From: Felis catus
Taxonomy: Eukaryota
Reading direction: 5' to 3'
DNA: 64,000 nucleotides
Assembly (NCBI RefSeq): GCF_018350175.1
Contig: NC_058368.1
Span: 89,344,001 to 89,408,000, forward strand
The notes under the pieces were generated by a model, which was given only the letters and a program-made list of their open reading frames with translations, was not told the origin of the DNA and did not search any database. Position numbers and translations under genes: made by a program. Position 1 is the first letter of the stretch. Each line of letters begins with the position of its first letter. Positions 1-12,800 of the stretch are shown in pieces.

Positions 1-310
1 AATGTTTATGAACACCTTGCCCCATCACTCCTTAGATGTTATCTATGTGCTGGAAGATTCCAAAGACATCATCTCTGTCTCTTATAAGGAGGACATATGC
101 TATTTGCATCACAAGACATATGTAGAGTAATAGTGGGGTGGGGGTGCAGGCCCTAGCAAGAATAGAAACTGAAAAGCAGTGAAGGAAAAAAATGGCTTTT
201 TCCCCCCATGAGGTCCCTTCAATTTCCCTGTCCCAGATTGAACCAAGTCAATGAGTTGAGGAAAACGGATGGGCCTCTTGAGTGCTTGGCAAAGGGTGGC
301 CTTTATTAAG

Positions 311-819
311 TGTGATCAAAAACAAAATTCAAGATTTTATTTGCTTAAAGATCTTATTGGCTTTATTCAACAAAGATTCATGAGTTGGGTAGCATTCAAT
401 CTAGTGAATGAAAAGGAGCTCTGAGGAGTCATCCAAAGTGAAAGACCTGAGCTGAAGTCAGACACTTAACTGACTGAGCCACCCAGGCACCCTTAGAGGT
501 GAGAAATTTCTGATTTGTCAGCATAGTCTTTGGGGCTCAAGCCCTCAGAACAGTGAAAGGCAAAGGAGAGAGGGAACAAGGAAGCTTTGCTAAGCAAAAA
601 AAAGTGAATTGGTTATGGCAAGATCACCTTTCTTTAGGAGATGGCGGGGGGGGGGGGGTCTATCAGGCAGATTACTTAACTAGTGCTGATCAAGCAATTC
701 CCGACTGGCTGGTTAAAATTCTATTTCTGGGAGAGTCAAAACTATAAATAAATCTCAGTTCAGTGACTGAGGCTTAGCATAAGTGACTCCATTTGGGGCC
801 TGTTGTTCTGTTTTTAACA
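311..819 (-). mobile_element. LTR, same family as 33170-33528, reverse orientation
   Basis: 660-790 is the reverse complement of 33180-33320; ends TTTAACA. Confidence 0.7.
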
Positions 820-892
820 AGGGCAAGGGTGTTTCCCAGGATTGGAAGGACCTCAGAAGTGCAAAGTACTCATTTAAATCAGGCTGTGTCTA

Positions 893-1428
893 GGGACACC
901 TGGGTGGCTCAGTTGGTTAAGCGGCTGACTTTGGCTCAGGTCATGTTCTCATGGTCCGTGAGTTTGAGCCCTGCGTTGGGTGCTGTGCTGACAGCTCAGA
1001 ACCTGGAGCCTGTTTCAGATTCTGTGTCTCCCTCTCTTTCTGATCCTCCCCTGTTAATGCTCTGTCTCTCTCTGTCTCAAAAATAAAAATGAAAAAATGT
1101 TAAAATTTTTATAAATCAGGCTGTGTCTAGATGGACACTGGATGCACCTAGTATCCTATCCAGCCTGGATCCACTAGGAGAAGGTGATGGAAGTTGGTGG
1201 GACTCCACGTGGCAGTTGAGAAATTTCTTTTTTTTTTTTTTTAATGTTTGTTTCTGAGAGAGAGACAATCAGGGGAGAAACAGAGAGAGAGGGAGACACA
1301 GAATCTTAAGCAGGCTCCAGGCTCTGAACTGTCAGCACAGAGCCCAACATGGGACTCAAACCACAAACCATGAGATCATGACCTGAGCTGAAGTCAGACA
1401 CTTAACTGACTGAGCCACCCAGGCGCCC
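893..1428. mobile_element. Two Can-SINEs tail-to-tail (893-1111 +, 1227-1428 -)
   Basis: tRNA-derived heads, (CT)n tracts, A-tails; target duplications TAAATCAGGCTGTGTCTAG and TGAGAAATTTCT. Confidence 0.92.
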
Positions 1429-1771
1429 TTAGAGGTGAGAAATTTCTGATTTGTCAGCATAGTCTTTGGGGCTCAAGCCCTCAGAAAAGCTAATGGTGAA
1501 AAACCCTTGAGTTTTGGAGTCAGAACACTAGGGCTTGAATCCTAGTCTAGTTATGTCACTTCTTAGCTATTATGAAGTTACTTAATCCTTCTATCAAGAG
1601 TACAATAAGGAAACTATGCCTACTAATGGGGTTTTAGTTAAGATTAGAGTTTAAATATTTATTGTGAATATCTGACATGTAGCAGCGACTTAAATAAATA
1701 GCAGCTAGTGTTAAAAATCATCAGGAATTTTCTATAGGATAAAAATCTTTAGACCCAAGTGCTGTCTCCAG

Positions 1772-2346
1772 CTAGAACCCAAGATTTGACCTTTGCCTCT
1801 CACCTGCTTGTACTTACCAGCCTTTGTCCCACATTTTCTCTTAAGCTCTTCTTTCTAGCTTACCTCTCAACTCAGGCAAATGGAAAGTGAAACCACCCCT
1901 CAAGCAATAGTGACTACCCTGGCCCAGACCACCCAGACTAGTTTGAGCTTAACCCCTGACTCTTGCCTGCACAGATGGACCATGGAGTGACCTCGAGGGT
2001 GACCAACAATTACCTGTACCTCATTAATATAATACTAAAATCTCCACCCAAGGAGGAGCTCAAGCCTCATTTACGTAACATACAATATATGTATAGGTAT
2101 GTTTCCTTAAGGCGCACACACGACCTTATGTCTGCCTCTACATAGGATGACAAGGCTTCCCTATCTAAACATTCACCTAACCCTAAATAAAAGGAGCCCA
2201 TCCACCCTTGCTCAGGGAGTCCTGGCTTTGGAAGCTATTCCCTGTGATGTCCTTATTTGCTGCAAATAGTTTCTTTTGTATGACAACTCAACCTGGCACA
2301 GTTTCTGACTCATCAAGGAGCGAACTCAGTTGGTTTGGTTATAATA
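1772..2346 (+). mobile_element. Solo LTR (ERV1-like)
   Basis: LTR-like TATA/poly(A) layout; flanked by CCAG direct repeats at 1768-1771 and 2347-2350. Confidence 0.55.
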
Positions 2347-2472
2347 CCAGCATATTCATTCTGGTCTATGGGACAAAGAGGAAAATATTTCACATTAAGG
2401 CTATCCCAGGAAATCTAGGACACTTGACACAGAGAGTAAAAAGAGACCACGACAACTTCTGAGAAGTTACAT

Positions 2473-2473
<1 letters not shown>

Positions 2474-2510
<37 letters not shown>
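2474..2510. repeat. (CA)n microsatellite
   Basis: Direct reading. Confidence 0.95.
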
Positions 2511-2511
<1 letters not shown>

Positions 2512-2809
2512 AGAAGCCCCAACTTTCAAAAGCTAGCCAGGTACTCACAGGTAGGTCATGTTGCTCTCCTATTTGACATAAGTCTACAGAATACCAATCT
2601 TAGGCGAGATTATTCTGAGACTGTGATAAAATGAAACAAAGCAAGGCCATTTTTCATTATGTCTAAGCACAGACAAAAACAAGGTCCCAGTGCCACTCAC
2701 ATAAGACCAAACACCCCCTCTCTTGGCCAAAGTGAGTGACTGTTCCCTCTTTGCTTTATCTTCACTCTAGTCTACCTTCTCTACACATAAGATTTATTGA
2801 GATACCCAA

Positions 2810-3424
2810 TGTTAAAAAACAAAGTACAACATAGTAAATTTGAAAATATATTGGCTTTATTCAACAATTCATGAAATGGCAGCACTCCATCTTCGTGTAC
2901 AGAAAGAAGTTCTGAGGAGCTGTACAAAATGGAAAGCTTTTATTGGCATAAGGGGGTAAAAAAAAGGAAGTTTCTATCAAAAAAAGTCTTGTCTCAGGCA
3001 GAGTCACCTTCCTTTGAAGGAAGGCAGGGGTCTATCAGGCAAATTTTCTCACTAGCGCTGACCAGGTAATTCCAGATTACTGGTTAAAGGTTACATTCCT
3101 GAGGGGCTGGAACTGCAGTTAGGTTAAATATTAAGTCTTCAGGGGCGTCTGGGTGGCGCAGTCGGTTAAGCGTCCGACTTCAGCCAGGTCACGATCTCGC
3201 GGTCCGTGAGTTCGAGCCCTGTGCCAGGCTCTGGGCTGATGGCTCGGAGCCTAGAGCCTGTTTCTGATTCTGTGTCTCCCTCTCTCTCTACCCCTCCCCT
3301 GTTCATGCTCTGTCTCTCTCTGTCCCAAAAATAAATAAAAACGTTGAAAAAAAAATAAATAGTGAGTCTTCATTTGCTGATGGAGGGCTTAGGGCAAGTG
3401 ACTCTTATTATTTCTTTTTTAACA
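2810..3424 (-). mobile_element. LTR of the same family, with a young SINEC inserted at 3142-3360
   Basis: TGTTAAA...TTTAACA termini; similar to 311-819; SINE flanked by AAATAxTxAGTCTTCA repeats. Confidence 0.7.
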
Positions 3425-3732
3425 CTTATCGCAGAATTGCCCTGGATTTTTGACAATATCTAATCCAGAGCACCTGGGCCTGGAGTCTGGCATGCTATCC
3501 CACTGCTGCACTCTGACCTTCCCATGTTCCTGAGATCTTGTCCTTCTCCCTTTGCAGCTGCCTGCCTCTCCAGCCTCCACTTGTTTCTCAATCTGAACAG
3601 ATGTCTTGCCCATGAGTCCATGAGTTAACTCCCTGAGGGCAGGAATCTTTGTACCCTTAGGATCTAGACTAGGACATGCCAGAGACAGGAGCCGATCATA
3701 TAAATGTTTGCTGAATAAATGAATAAATGAAA

Positions 3733-3767
<35 letters not shown>

Positions 3768-3794
3768 GGCAGTAATAATCCTTTATTCAACAAG

Positions 3795-4245
3795 CAAAAC
3801 TTCTGGGGCCAGGGACCCCTTGGGAAGTCTGGTGAAAGTTATGAACGTCTTCTCAGAATGTTTTTATATGTACAAAATACATAAGATTACAAAGGAGTTC
3901 AATTCTGTGGAAAAGTAATCAAAAATGTTTTTAAGAATCAATTTGCAATATAGAAATAAATGTGCTGATTTATTGACACACTTAATAACAAGATATAGAA
4001 GCTTATCTAATAATTTCCATAATTTTCTAAATACTAAGGAGCATAAAGGGTAATTCAAGGTATCTACATCAACTATGATGTGATATGAAAACTTCTGACG
4101 TTTCTACCGGCAATGAAGTTACAAGTCCTGTTAATCTTACAGGGATCTGTAGCTTGAACTCATAATAAAAGACTGAATTTCAGTTAGTGATTAGGAAAAA
4201 TATGAGTTCTGCTATTTTTTCCCCCATCCAGGTTCACAGACCCGA
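3795..4245. mobile_element. hAT-Charlie-like DNA transposon fossil
   Basis: GGACCCCTTGGGAAGTCTGGTGAA...CTTCTCAGAATG motif recalled from the Charlie4 group. Confidence 0.5.
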
Positions 4246-5880
4246 TGACTGTTACTGACCACCGCCAGAATAAGCAAACCTCTCTACCCGTAACAGGTGT
4301 TTTTCACTTCCAATGCTGCCACCACTGCCTGTCCACAGTAGAGGGAGCCAACAGCAAGGCTCTCCCCCTGCACATCGGAAATCGAATCCCAAATAACTGG
4401 AAGCATTAGTTAGAGCCTGCAAGCTGTGACTGAAGAGCTTGCAGTGATTAGGAATGTCATTATAAGTATAACTAAGAATTTTTTCTCTAGATGATTGGTT
4501 GTATTTTACAAAGTATGTGCATTGAGATAGTAAATTATTCACAAGGTTGGGAGGGATTAAGTCTGTCCACACAGCTGCCCCCTGCTCTGTCCAGGCAAGA
4601 GGGTGTGCAGTGCCTGCTCTTTGCTTACTTATTACCTTCTGGTTTCCCCTTGTTTCCTAGCACTCATCATGAGTGTCTATTCTGTTTTACTTCTCACTAA
4701 AAATTCTTGGGTTTGCTCATGCATCCCTTTGAGCTTAGTTAATGGAGTGAGCACAGAAGAAATGACACCTTTCTGATGTGCTGGTGGTAGGGGGTGTGAG
4801 GGTCCTGACTATAGGGTGTGCCAATAATCCTGGAGGGAGATGATTGTGGCAGTGGAGTTGTCCAGAGCTACCTAGTGGACATGAAAAGCCAGGAGCATGC
4901 TGGCATCATTTCCAGAAGGGGGGAAGGTGCAGAAGCTGCTGTTTGGAGAATGGAGAGGGCATGTGTTTGTTCTGGTGTGAATCTGGAGCTTGTGGGGTGG
5001 GAGAGACTTGGAGTGGAAGTGAAAGAGGAAGCCAAGTGACAGATCTGAGCTAGAGTTAAAAATCAAGAGCTGTTGATCCTACTGACAGGCATGGAAGGGG
5101 ACATGAGAAAGAGGCCCAGACCCTTGTCCTGCAGAATCCCAACATGGAGGAGGAGAGTCAGACACAGAGGGTCAGGAGGTGGGACAAAACTAGATGTGGT
5201 ATCATATTACAAACTCAGTGTGTTGATGCTTCAGAGAACTGAAAAGGATGGTAACTGAATAGTGTTCATGGCTCTTACTATACGGAGGTCACTGGCAACC
5301 ATTGTGAAAGGTGTAATGTGTGTTGGGTGATTCCCTTATCATCCAACAGGGATGCTGTTACTTCCACCCTGCCTGAACTTGGGGTTACAAGATGATCCAG
5401 TAATCCCACTTCTAGAAATATAACCAAAGGCAATATAATCAGTATTTGGAAAGATATCTGCACCCCCAAGTTTATTGCAGCATTATTTGTAGAGGCTACT
5501 TTTCGGCAAACAGGCTTGAGCAATGAAATACAGACAGGCCCATCAGGCAACCCACCTCAAGATATCAATAGGCCCTAACTAATCAGTGGGCTACTTACAA
5601 CTAGGCACAGTACCAAAAAAGGGAAAATTCCTTAGGTCACCATACTGCCTCACCTTCCTGCTTTAAGAATGGTCCCCACCCACTGCCTCTTTGCAGACGG
5701 CCTCTCCTCTGCTGTCCTGCCCTTGCGGGACCCCATTTCCTTGCAGTGTGTCCAATAAACTTCTATCTCCTTTGTTCTGCCTCAGGTGAATTCTTTCACC
5801 TCCATGCCATTTGTTTCCACCTGATCATCACTCCACATTTGGGTGGACTCCACAGTTATCCAATTGAGAGACACCATATT

Positions 5881-5898
5881 TGGTGGCTAGCACAGGGA
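5881..5898 (+). promoter_or_regulatory. Retroviral primer-binding site, best fit tRNA-Ile(AAT)
   Basis: TGGTGGCTAGCACAGGGA versus TGGTGGCCAGTACGGGGA expected from the tRNA-Ile(AAT) 3' end as I recall it (15/18). Confidence 0.65.
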
Positions 5899-6859
5899 GA
5901 CTTTGTGGCCACCCTCCCCCTGCCACATCTGGGGGAACCCCACATGAGGAGCCTTTGCCAGTATGGGACTCTCCCCAGTTCTCCAGGAATTTCCCTGGAC
6001 TTTTCCTCTAGTATTCCTTGGGGAACTGATGACTACCCGCCAATGTTACTTTTGGGTAAGAATTCCAAGCCCCACAGGGGAACCAGCCAGACCTCCCTTG
6101 CCCTAAAGGGTGAGAGATCTCCCTTTTGCCCTTGCAGGGACCCCTCCTTCACTCTCTTTTCTCTTTCTGGCCCTTCAGCAGTCTAACCCTAGTACCTCAC
6201 AGACAACGAAGGCCTTCAGCTAGGGCGGCTTCCAGTGTGGTTTAAAGGTCAGAGAGTGAACAGGACCGACACTACCTTCAGATGAGGGTGAAAAACCCCT
6301 TTCCTCTGCTTTCTCACTCCGTCCACTGAAGTCTGCTCCCAGAGTCTAGGGCAACTGACAGCTCGCCCAAGGTGACTTCACACACGTTACACACTTGGTT
6401 AGGACGCTTTCTTGATGCTAGCTGCTCTCAGCTGCCTCACTTCTTTGGGCCTCTGTCTCTTTCCCTCTGTTCCCACAGATCAAGCCACCATTTTGATCTG
6501 CAGGCAAGCACGTTCCCACCCATCTGAGTGGTGAGTCCTCTGCCTCCTTTTTCTGACCAGGTTTGGCCAAACCCCTATCTGGCTCTCCCTGGTGCCACAG
6601 GACGCCCCAACAGGAAGTGTCATGCCATTTGCCGTGACCTTCTTTTGGTGGGACACCCCCCCTCACTCCCAACTGGGTGGGATGCCCCAAGAGTCAGTTG
6701 CTCCATATTTGCTGTGACCCTCTTGGTGGGATGCCCAAAAAGAGTCAGTCCCCTCATATAGGTCCAGTCCTTTTTCAGGTCAGCAGGACGCCCTGAACGA
6801 AATCATGACCACCAGTAAGAGCTCCATTCCCTTTGGCAATCAACAAGTGGGTCTTACCA

Positions 6860-7080
6860 TGGAACCCCCTTTCTTCCTTCCGCCTCACCCTTGGACTGTG
6901 TTCTTAAAAGGTGGGACAAATTTGACAAACTCCCAGATCAAGAGGTATCGCCCTCCCTGGGAACTCTCTTTTCTAAGAGTAATTTCCAGCTTGCCCTCCT
7001 TTGCTGGAACTCCTCCAGCAAAGTGGAAAGTCCCATAACTGTTTTGCTCTGTTTCATGGCCCTAAATCAGGACCCTAAGA
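6860..7080 (+). pseudogene. ERV gag matrix remnant
   Basis: SPLDCVLKRWDKFD resembles the class I gag MA motif SPLGCILKxWDxFD; frameshifted. Confidence 0.65.
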
Positions 7081-7547
7081 GCCTATTAGGGAATGTGCTT
7101 GGCCACTAATCAGGCTAAATAAACTTCCTTCTGACATATTGGAGGCTCTCTCACTGTTCCTTCTCCTAACAGACCCAGGTTACTCTTGCTGTATTGTAGG
7201 GGCTTCTTCCTCATTCATTTCCTGGGTTAATATGCTATGATTGGAGCCAACTGTCTCTGGTTAATTCTACCTCAGGAAAGGGACTCTATGGGATAATCCC
7301 AAGCAGCTGCACAGAGCCTGGCATGGGGCTCAAACCCACCAACCAGAGATCATGACCTGAGTTGAAGTCGGAGGCTTAACCAACTGAGCCACAAGGCACC
7401 CCCAAACTGATTGACTTTTGAGTGGACCCAAGTGGAACATAATTCAATATTTAAACTAACTGAAACTTTTACTCTACCAAAGTTTACTAAAGGTGAAAAA
7501 TAAGATTGTGTTATCTCTGTTGCAATTTGTCAGCAAAAAGATGACCT

Positions 7548-7675
7548 GGAGCACCTGGGTGTCTCAGTGGATTAACCGTCCAACTCTTAATTTCACCTCA
7601 GGCCATGATCTTATGGTTCATGAGATCGAACCCTATATTCAGCTCCTCTCTGAGAGCAAGGAGCCTGCTTGGGAT

Positions 7676-7713
<38 letters not shown>

Positions 7714-8025
7714 CCTACCATGCTCAAACATACACACTCTCTCTCTCAAAATAAATAAACATTAAAAGAAAAAGATGACTGGGGCGCCTGGGTGGCTCAG
7801 TCGGTTAAGTGGCCGACTTCGGCTCAGGTCACGATCTCACAGTCCATGAGTTCGAGCCCCGCATCGGGCTCTGTGCTGACCGCTCAGAGCCTGGAGCCTG
7901 TTTCCGATTCTGTGTCTCCCTCTCTCTCTGACCCTCCCCTGTTCATGCTCTGTCTCTCTCTGTCTCAAAAATAAATAAACGTTAAAAAAAAATTAAAAAT
8001 AAATAAATAAAAATAAAAATAAAAA
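7548..8025 (+). mobile_element. Two tandem Can-SINEs inside the ERV
   Basis: Heads at 7548 and 7781; three copies of AAAAAGATGAC(C)T. Confidence 0.92.
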
Positions 8026-9914
8026 AGATGACCTAAAATGATGATTAGTTTTATCTGTCTCAAATTTTTCATGGGTATTGTTAAGATAGTCTTTGCTAAC
8101 CTGAAACTTTAAACTTTTGCTGGATGATAAATTGAGGTTGAATTCATTGGACATCTAAGTCTTTTCCAAATGAGATAAAATACAAAATCATTGATTACTG
8201 AACATAGGTTTGTGCTTTTGACTTCTTATTGCAGAGAAAGTAATGATATTTGAGTCTGTTGTTAATCATACTTTGTGCTTAGTTGATTCACAAATTTGCC
8301 ATCTAACGAATTCTGGTGTAACAGTTCACAACTGGTTACTACTTAGAAACCTTAGTCTCCAGTGAAAACTAAGAGTTAAGACTGAAGGAAATAAGGGAAG
8401 CAATACTGTATGTAGGAAAGTGGGAGATATGTAAGAAAGTCATAAGGAATGGGATTACATTTTTGTTGAAGGTAAGTAATTTTGTCCTAAAATGAGACTG
8501 ATGGCTTGGAGAGAAATGGCTTGGGATAAAATCTAATTGCAAAGGAAAGGAAAGTTGTAGACGGTCTTTGTGAAGGGAAATCTTTGGAAAGGAATTTTAT
8601 GCTGTCAGGACAGACTAAGGTTAAAATGAATGGATTTTAGAAGTACACTGGTGTAAGATTAAAATTCTGCTTTTCTCTCTGTGAAAAAGACAAAGTTTTC
8701 TTGCATCATTGGTTTGCTTTTAATAAGAAAATGTAAACAAAGTTGTTTTCTCTTTTTTTGTCTGCCCAGAAAAAACAGTTTCTATGTTTTGTGCTTATCA
8801 GGTCTTTGATTTTATCGGTAATCCTATTCAGGCATGTGCTTCAAAACTTTCTAAGGTTTATAACAAATTTCCCTGAGATTTAAATAGTGAACGAAGTCTG
8901 AAATCTCTTTGAATAGCTAGGCTTGTTTATTTCGTATTTTAGTTTCAGGTACAAGGTCATCACTTGATATTCTGGGTTTTTAAGTGTTATGGGGCACAGA
9001 AATAACCAAATTCCCTTGTCAGCTACTTCATAATGAACTCTCATATCAGATCATTAACAATGTCTGGTTCTGAGTTTTTGTCATTTATAGTTATTGTTCT
9101 GATGCTCTTACAAAAGGAATTTTGTCTTCAAGGAGATTCATGAAAAATATTTTTTTAAGTCTTAATATCTTTAAGATTGTAAAAGTGAAATGGGTAAAAA
9201 TTTCCAGACCTAAACTAAAAAGCTACATTCAAACTGACCAAGAATTAGTAAATGGTACTAAATGAACTGAAGACGATGATTATAGTTTTGTGACTCTTGT
9301 TTGAAATGTTGCTGGTTTCTAATGTTCTTCCAGATTAAGGAAATTTTCTCATAAGATATCTATGACTTATAAAAATGTGGTAAGTATTCATTTGTGAATT
9401 GAAGCATTTAACTTTTCTCTATCTGAACTCTCTAAAATTCAAAAAGTCTCTAAGTATTTCTTCTTCCATGGCAATCATATTATTTGCATAAGTTCAATAA
9501 GAATCTGTTCTCCTTGTAACAGGGCACCATTGGAAACATTGGTTATTTTACCCAGGCTTTGACTGGAATGTCCTATTTGAGAGAGACATCCATAGACTCA
9601 GATATGACCAGACAGCTTTAAGGAACTGAAGTTAACTTTATGAAACATGGAGTCATAAAGTCTCTTGGAAATGTTGGCCTGATACCTTGTTGACAGAGTT
9701 CCTAGCAGCCTTACCAGGTGAGTAAATAATGTCACTTCCTGGCAGGTGCAGGAAACTCAGGATGTTTGGGGAACCTCGAGAAGAGAAATTCACCCACATC
9801 TGAAGGTATTGCAGGCATGTCTAATGTCAGGTGTTTGGTTAGGCTTCTGGTCTAGAGAGACTACTAAAAGTTCAATTGAAATTCCTTATAAAGAGTTCCA
9901 GTAAAGCAAATTTT

Positions 9915-10505
9915 CTTTTTAAGTTTATTTTTTATTGTTATTTATTGAGAGAGAGAGCAGGGAGGGGCAGACAGAGGGAGAGAGAGAGGATCCCAAGCAG
10001 GCTTCATGCTGACTGCGCAAGGAACCCAAGTTGGGGCTTGAACTCACTAACCGTGAGATCATGACCTGAGCCAAAACCAAGACTCAGACACTTAACTGAC
10101 TGAACCACCAGGTGCCCCTCTAGCAAAGCAAATTTTAAAAGATCTATATGGCTAATCACTGTTCTTGCTGAGCTTATGTAAATAATTAAGCCAAGTTTAT
10201 TAAAATTGGATTGTTTTAAAAGTGTCTTGATTTGGCTATCTCTGGAATAAGGGTGATTTTAGAGAGAAAAAATATGTTTTGGGGCACATAGATGGCTCAG
10301 TGGGTTAAGCTTCTGACTCTTGGTTTCAGCTCAGGTCATGATCTCACAGGTTGGGAGTTTAAGCCCTGCGTTGGGCTCTGTGCTGACAGCTACAGAACCT
10401 GCTTGGGATTCTGTCTCCTTCTCTTTCCCCCTCCCCGACTCGCTCGCTCTCGCTCTCTCTCCCTCTCTCCCTCTCTCAAAATAAACATTAAAAATAAATA
10501 AATAA
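9915..10505. mobile_element. Two Can-SINEs inside the ERV (9915-10117 -, 10280-10505 +)
   Basis: SINE consensus heads and tails. Confidence 0.88.
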
Positions 10506-10779
10506 TATGTTTCAATAACACACCTTTGTGGATGTTAAGTTCTAGTTCTGATTGTCTTTAAACGTTTCTTGCCTCAGCTGGACAACTTTGAAGTAAATTG
10601 CCACAATAGCCCTTGTATGGACAATCTTCATGCTGGTTATTCTGTGGGGATAATAACAGGACCTGATGGCATATGATTATTTAAAGAGCTGGAAAATGAA
10701 ATGGATTCCCCAACAATTGTATAATTTAGCTAGCACTTTGACCATTTCCATGTAGCTAGAATAACAAAATTTCTCCTTA

Positions 10780-11350
10780 AAAGCCAGCGTATACCCCACT
10801 TGATAGGATTAACTATGGGTTTGTGAAAATAATGGGTGGCCGGCCCCACTTTCCTTATGACTAGATTGGGTGATGCACTGGGGGATGCCCATATCCCCAG
10901 ACAATTCTTCTTCTATTTGCCAATGATTCTCACAGTTAGGACATTGTTACACCCAGACATCAGAGAGCTTCTTGATGGTTTTATCCCTTAGCCATATTTG
11001 TCCCAGAAGCCACCTCTATTGATATAAAATTGTAAATAGAGGCTTTAGCCAAGCATTCAGCAGCCACCTTTAACTAAACTCAACATGCAGTTATGGACAA
11101 ATTCAAACAATGGCCCTTAAATCCTGACTGCAGCTCAAGGAGGAACCTATGCTTTATTGAAACAGAGTATTATGTATATACTCCAAATTACCACAAAAAT
11201 GTGACTGAGTTACTAACTGACAAGAATATTCAACTGGTGCTTTAAACAATCCCTCTCTTTCCTTTAATGATTGGTTGATGTTCTGGTTTTTGTCAACTAT
11301 CAAAGGACCCTTAGTTGGGCTTCTTTTTCTGTTTTCTAATTAGTGTGTTA
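10780..11350 (+). pseudogene. ERV env remnant 1 (TM immunosuppressive-domain region)
   Basis: IEALAKHSAATFN...ILTAAQGGTYAL / IETEYYVYTPNYHKNVT, a decayed LTAAQGGxC...TECCxY motif. Confidence 0.75.
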
Positions 11351-11451
11351 TATCCCTAGAGCAAACTGTCTCCACCTTTAATGACCACCAAAACCAGCAC
11401 AATTCAAAACCTAACTCCTCTTTCTCAGGTAACATACATCCAAAGTTTACA

Positions 11452-11600
11452 TCCTGGGATTGGGTATACCTTAAGACTGTTTCACAGGACAAAAAGCCTA
11501 TCTGCACCAGGCCTGATCAGGTCCTCTTGACCACTCCAACAGTAGAAAAACTTCACAGCTTCTCCTCGTGGATCCATCTTTCCAAATCAAGACCTCTCTG
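11452..11600 (+). pseudogene. ERV integrase C-terminal remnant
   Basis: WDWVYLKT...RPDQVLLTTPTVEKLHSFSSWIHLS matches the GPYxVLLTTPTA...WIH motif. Confidence 0.75.
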
Positions 11601-12074
11601 GCCCCAGATAAGGAGCCCTTTGCTAAGCGAAGCTACGAGCAGGTGGGAGATCTATGCCTATTATTCAGAGGAGACCCTGGTAATACACACCCAGAGGCCT
11701 AGAGGCCCATGAGTCTGGCCCATGGCCAATCTCTACTCTCACATTCAATCATTCTATGATATTATCTTAGAAAAACGCCCCTCGATACATTCCTCCCAAA
11801 AACTCTTACAATTTCTCCTTCCCAATTCCAAGACTTCATTCTCCACCTTTTTCTTCAGGGTGACCTCTCTGAATTCACTTGGTCAGAAATCATAACTTAC
11901 CTGGAGCTATTCCTCTCCCCAATCCCTTGATGTCTTGCTCTCACAATACAATCATCACCCCTTTGGGGGCTAAGTTTTGTCTTTCTCACATCATAACCTT
12001 CTTTTGGTTTCCTCCTTCCTGGACCATGCAACACAAGGATGGTTTTCCTGGAAAGGAACCCTGTTCATGACTAT

Positions 12075-12235
12075 CCTAATTCCTTCCCTTCTTAGGACCC
12101 CTGGCCTCAATACTCATACTTGTAATTACTGGTCCTCCCCCCTTCTTTAATCTCTTTGTTAAATCCGTCTCTTCCAGAATCCAACAATTCCATATATGAA
12201 TGATGGTTCAACAGGGATTCCAGCCCATACCATCA
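12075..12235 (+). pseudogene. ERV env remnant 2 (membrane span and cytoplasmic tail)
   Basis: FLPFLGPLASILILVITGP / FNLFVKSVSSRIQQFHI*MMVQQGFQP, a typical gamma-like TM C-terminus. Confidence 0.75.
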
Positions 12236-12572
12236 GAGGGCCCGTTCTCACAAGTCCCATGGACCTGGCCACCAAAGAATTTCACTCAAGTTGCCTCTCA
12301 GCACATTAATATAATACCATGCTCTGGTCTATAGCTGCACAGAACCCTTGATGAACCAACAAGTTTAGGTAGGGACATCTCTACACCCCTTATTAAGCAG
12401 GAAGAAGCTACTGGGAGGAGACCTCCACCCAAATGCCATAGATTCTCCTTGTTGATCTATCGGGGCGGGGGGTGGGGAGGAATGTAGAGACTGCTTTTTG
12501 GCAAACAGGCTTGAGCAATGCAATATAGACAGGCATATCAGGCAACTCACCTCAAAAATATCCATAGGCCAT

Positions 12573-12800
12573 GGGGCACCTGGGAGGCTCAGTTGGTTGA
12601 GTGTCCAACTTCGGCTCAGGTCATGATCTCACAGCTTGTGAGCTCGAGCCTTGCATGGGGCTCTGTGCTGACAGCTCGGAGCCTGGAGCCTGCTTCAGAT
12701 TCTGTGTCTCCCTCTCTTTCTGCCCCTACCCCTCTCACGCGCTGTCTCTGTCTCTCTCTCAAAGATAAATCAGTGTTAAAAAAAAATTTTTTTTTTAAAT
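12573..12800 (+). mobile_element. Can-SINE inserted in the 3' LTR only
   Basis: Absent from the 5' LTR; flanked by AAATATCCAxAGxCC repeats. Confidence 0.9.

Noticed and set aside
793..1086. Recurring ORFs ending SVSPSLSDPPL...LSLSQK
   Set aside because: Can-SINE translations
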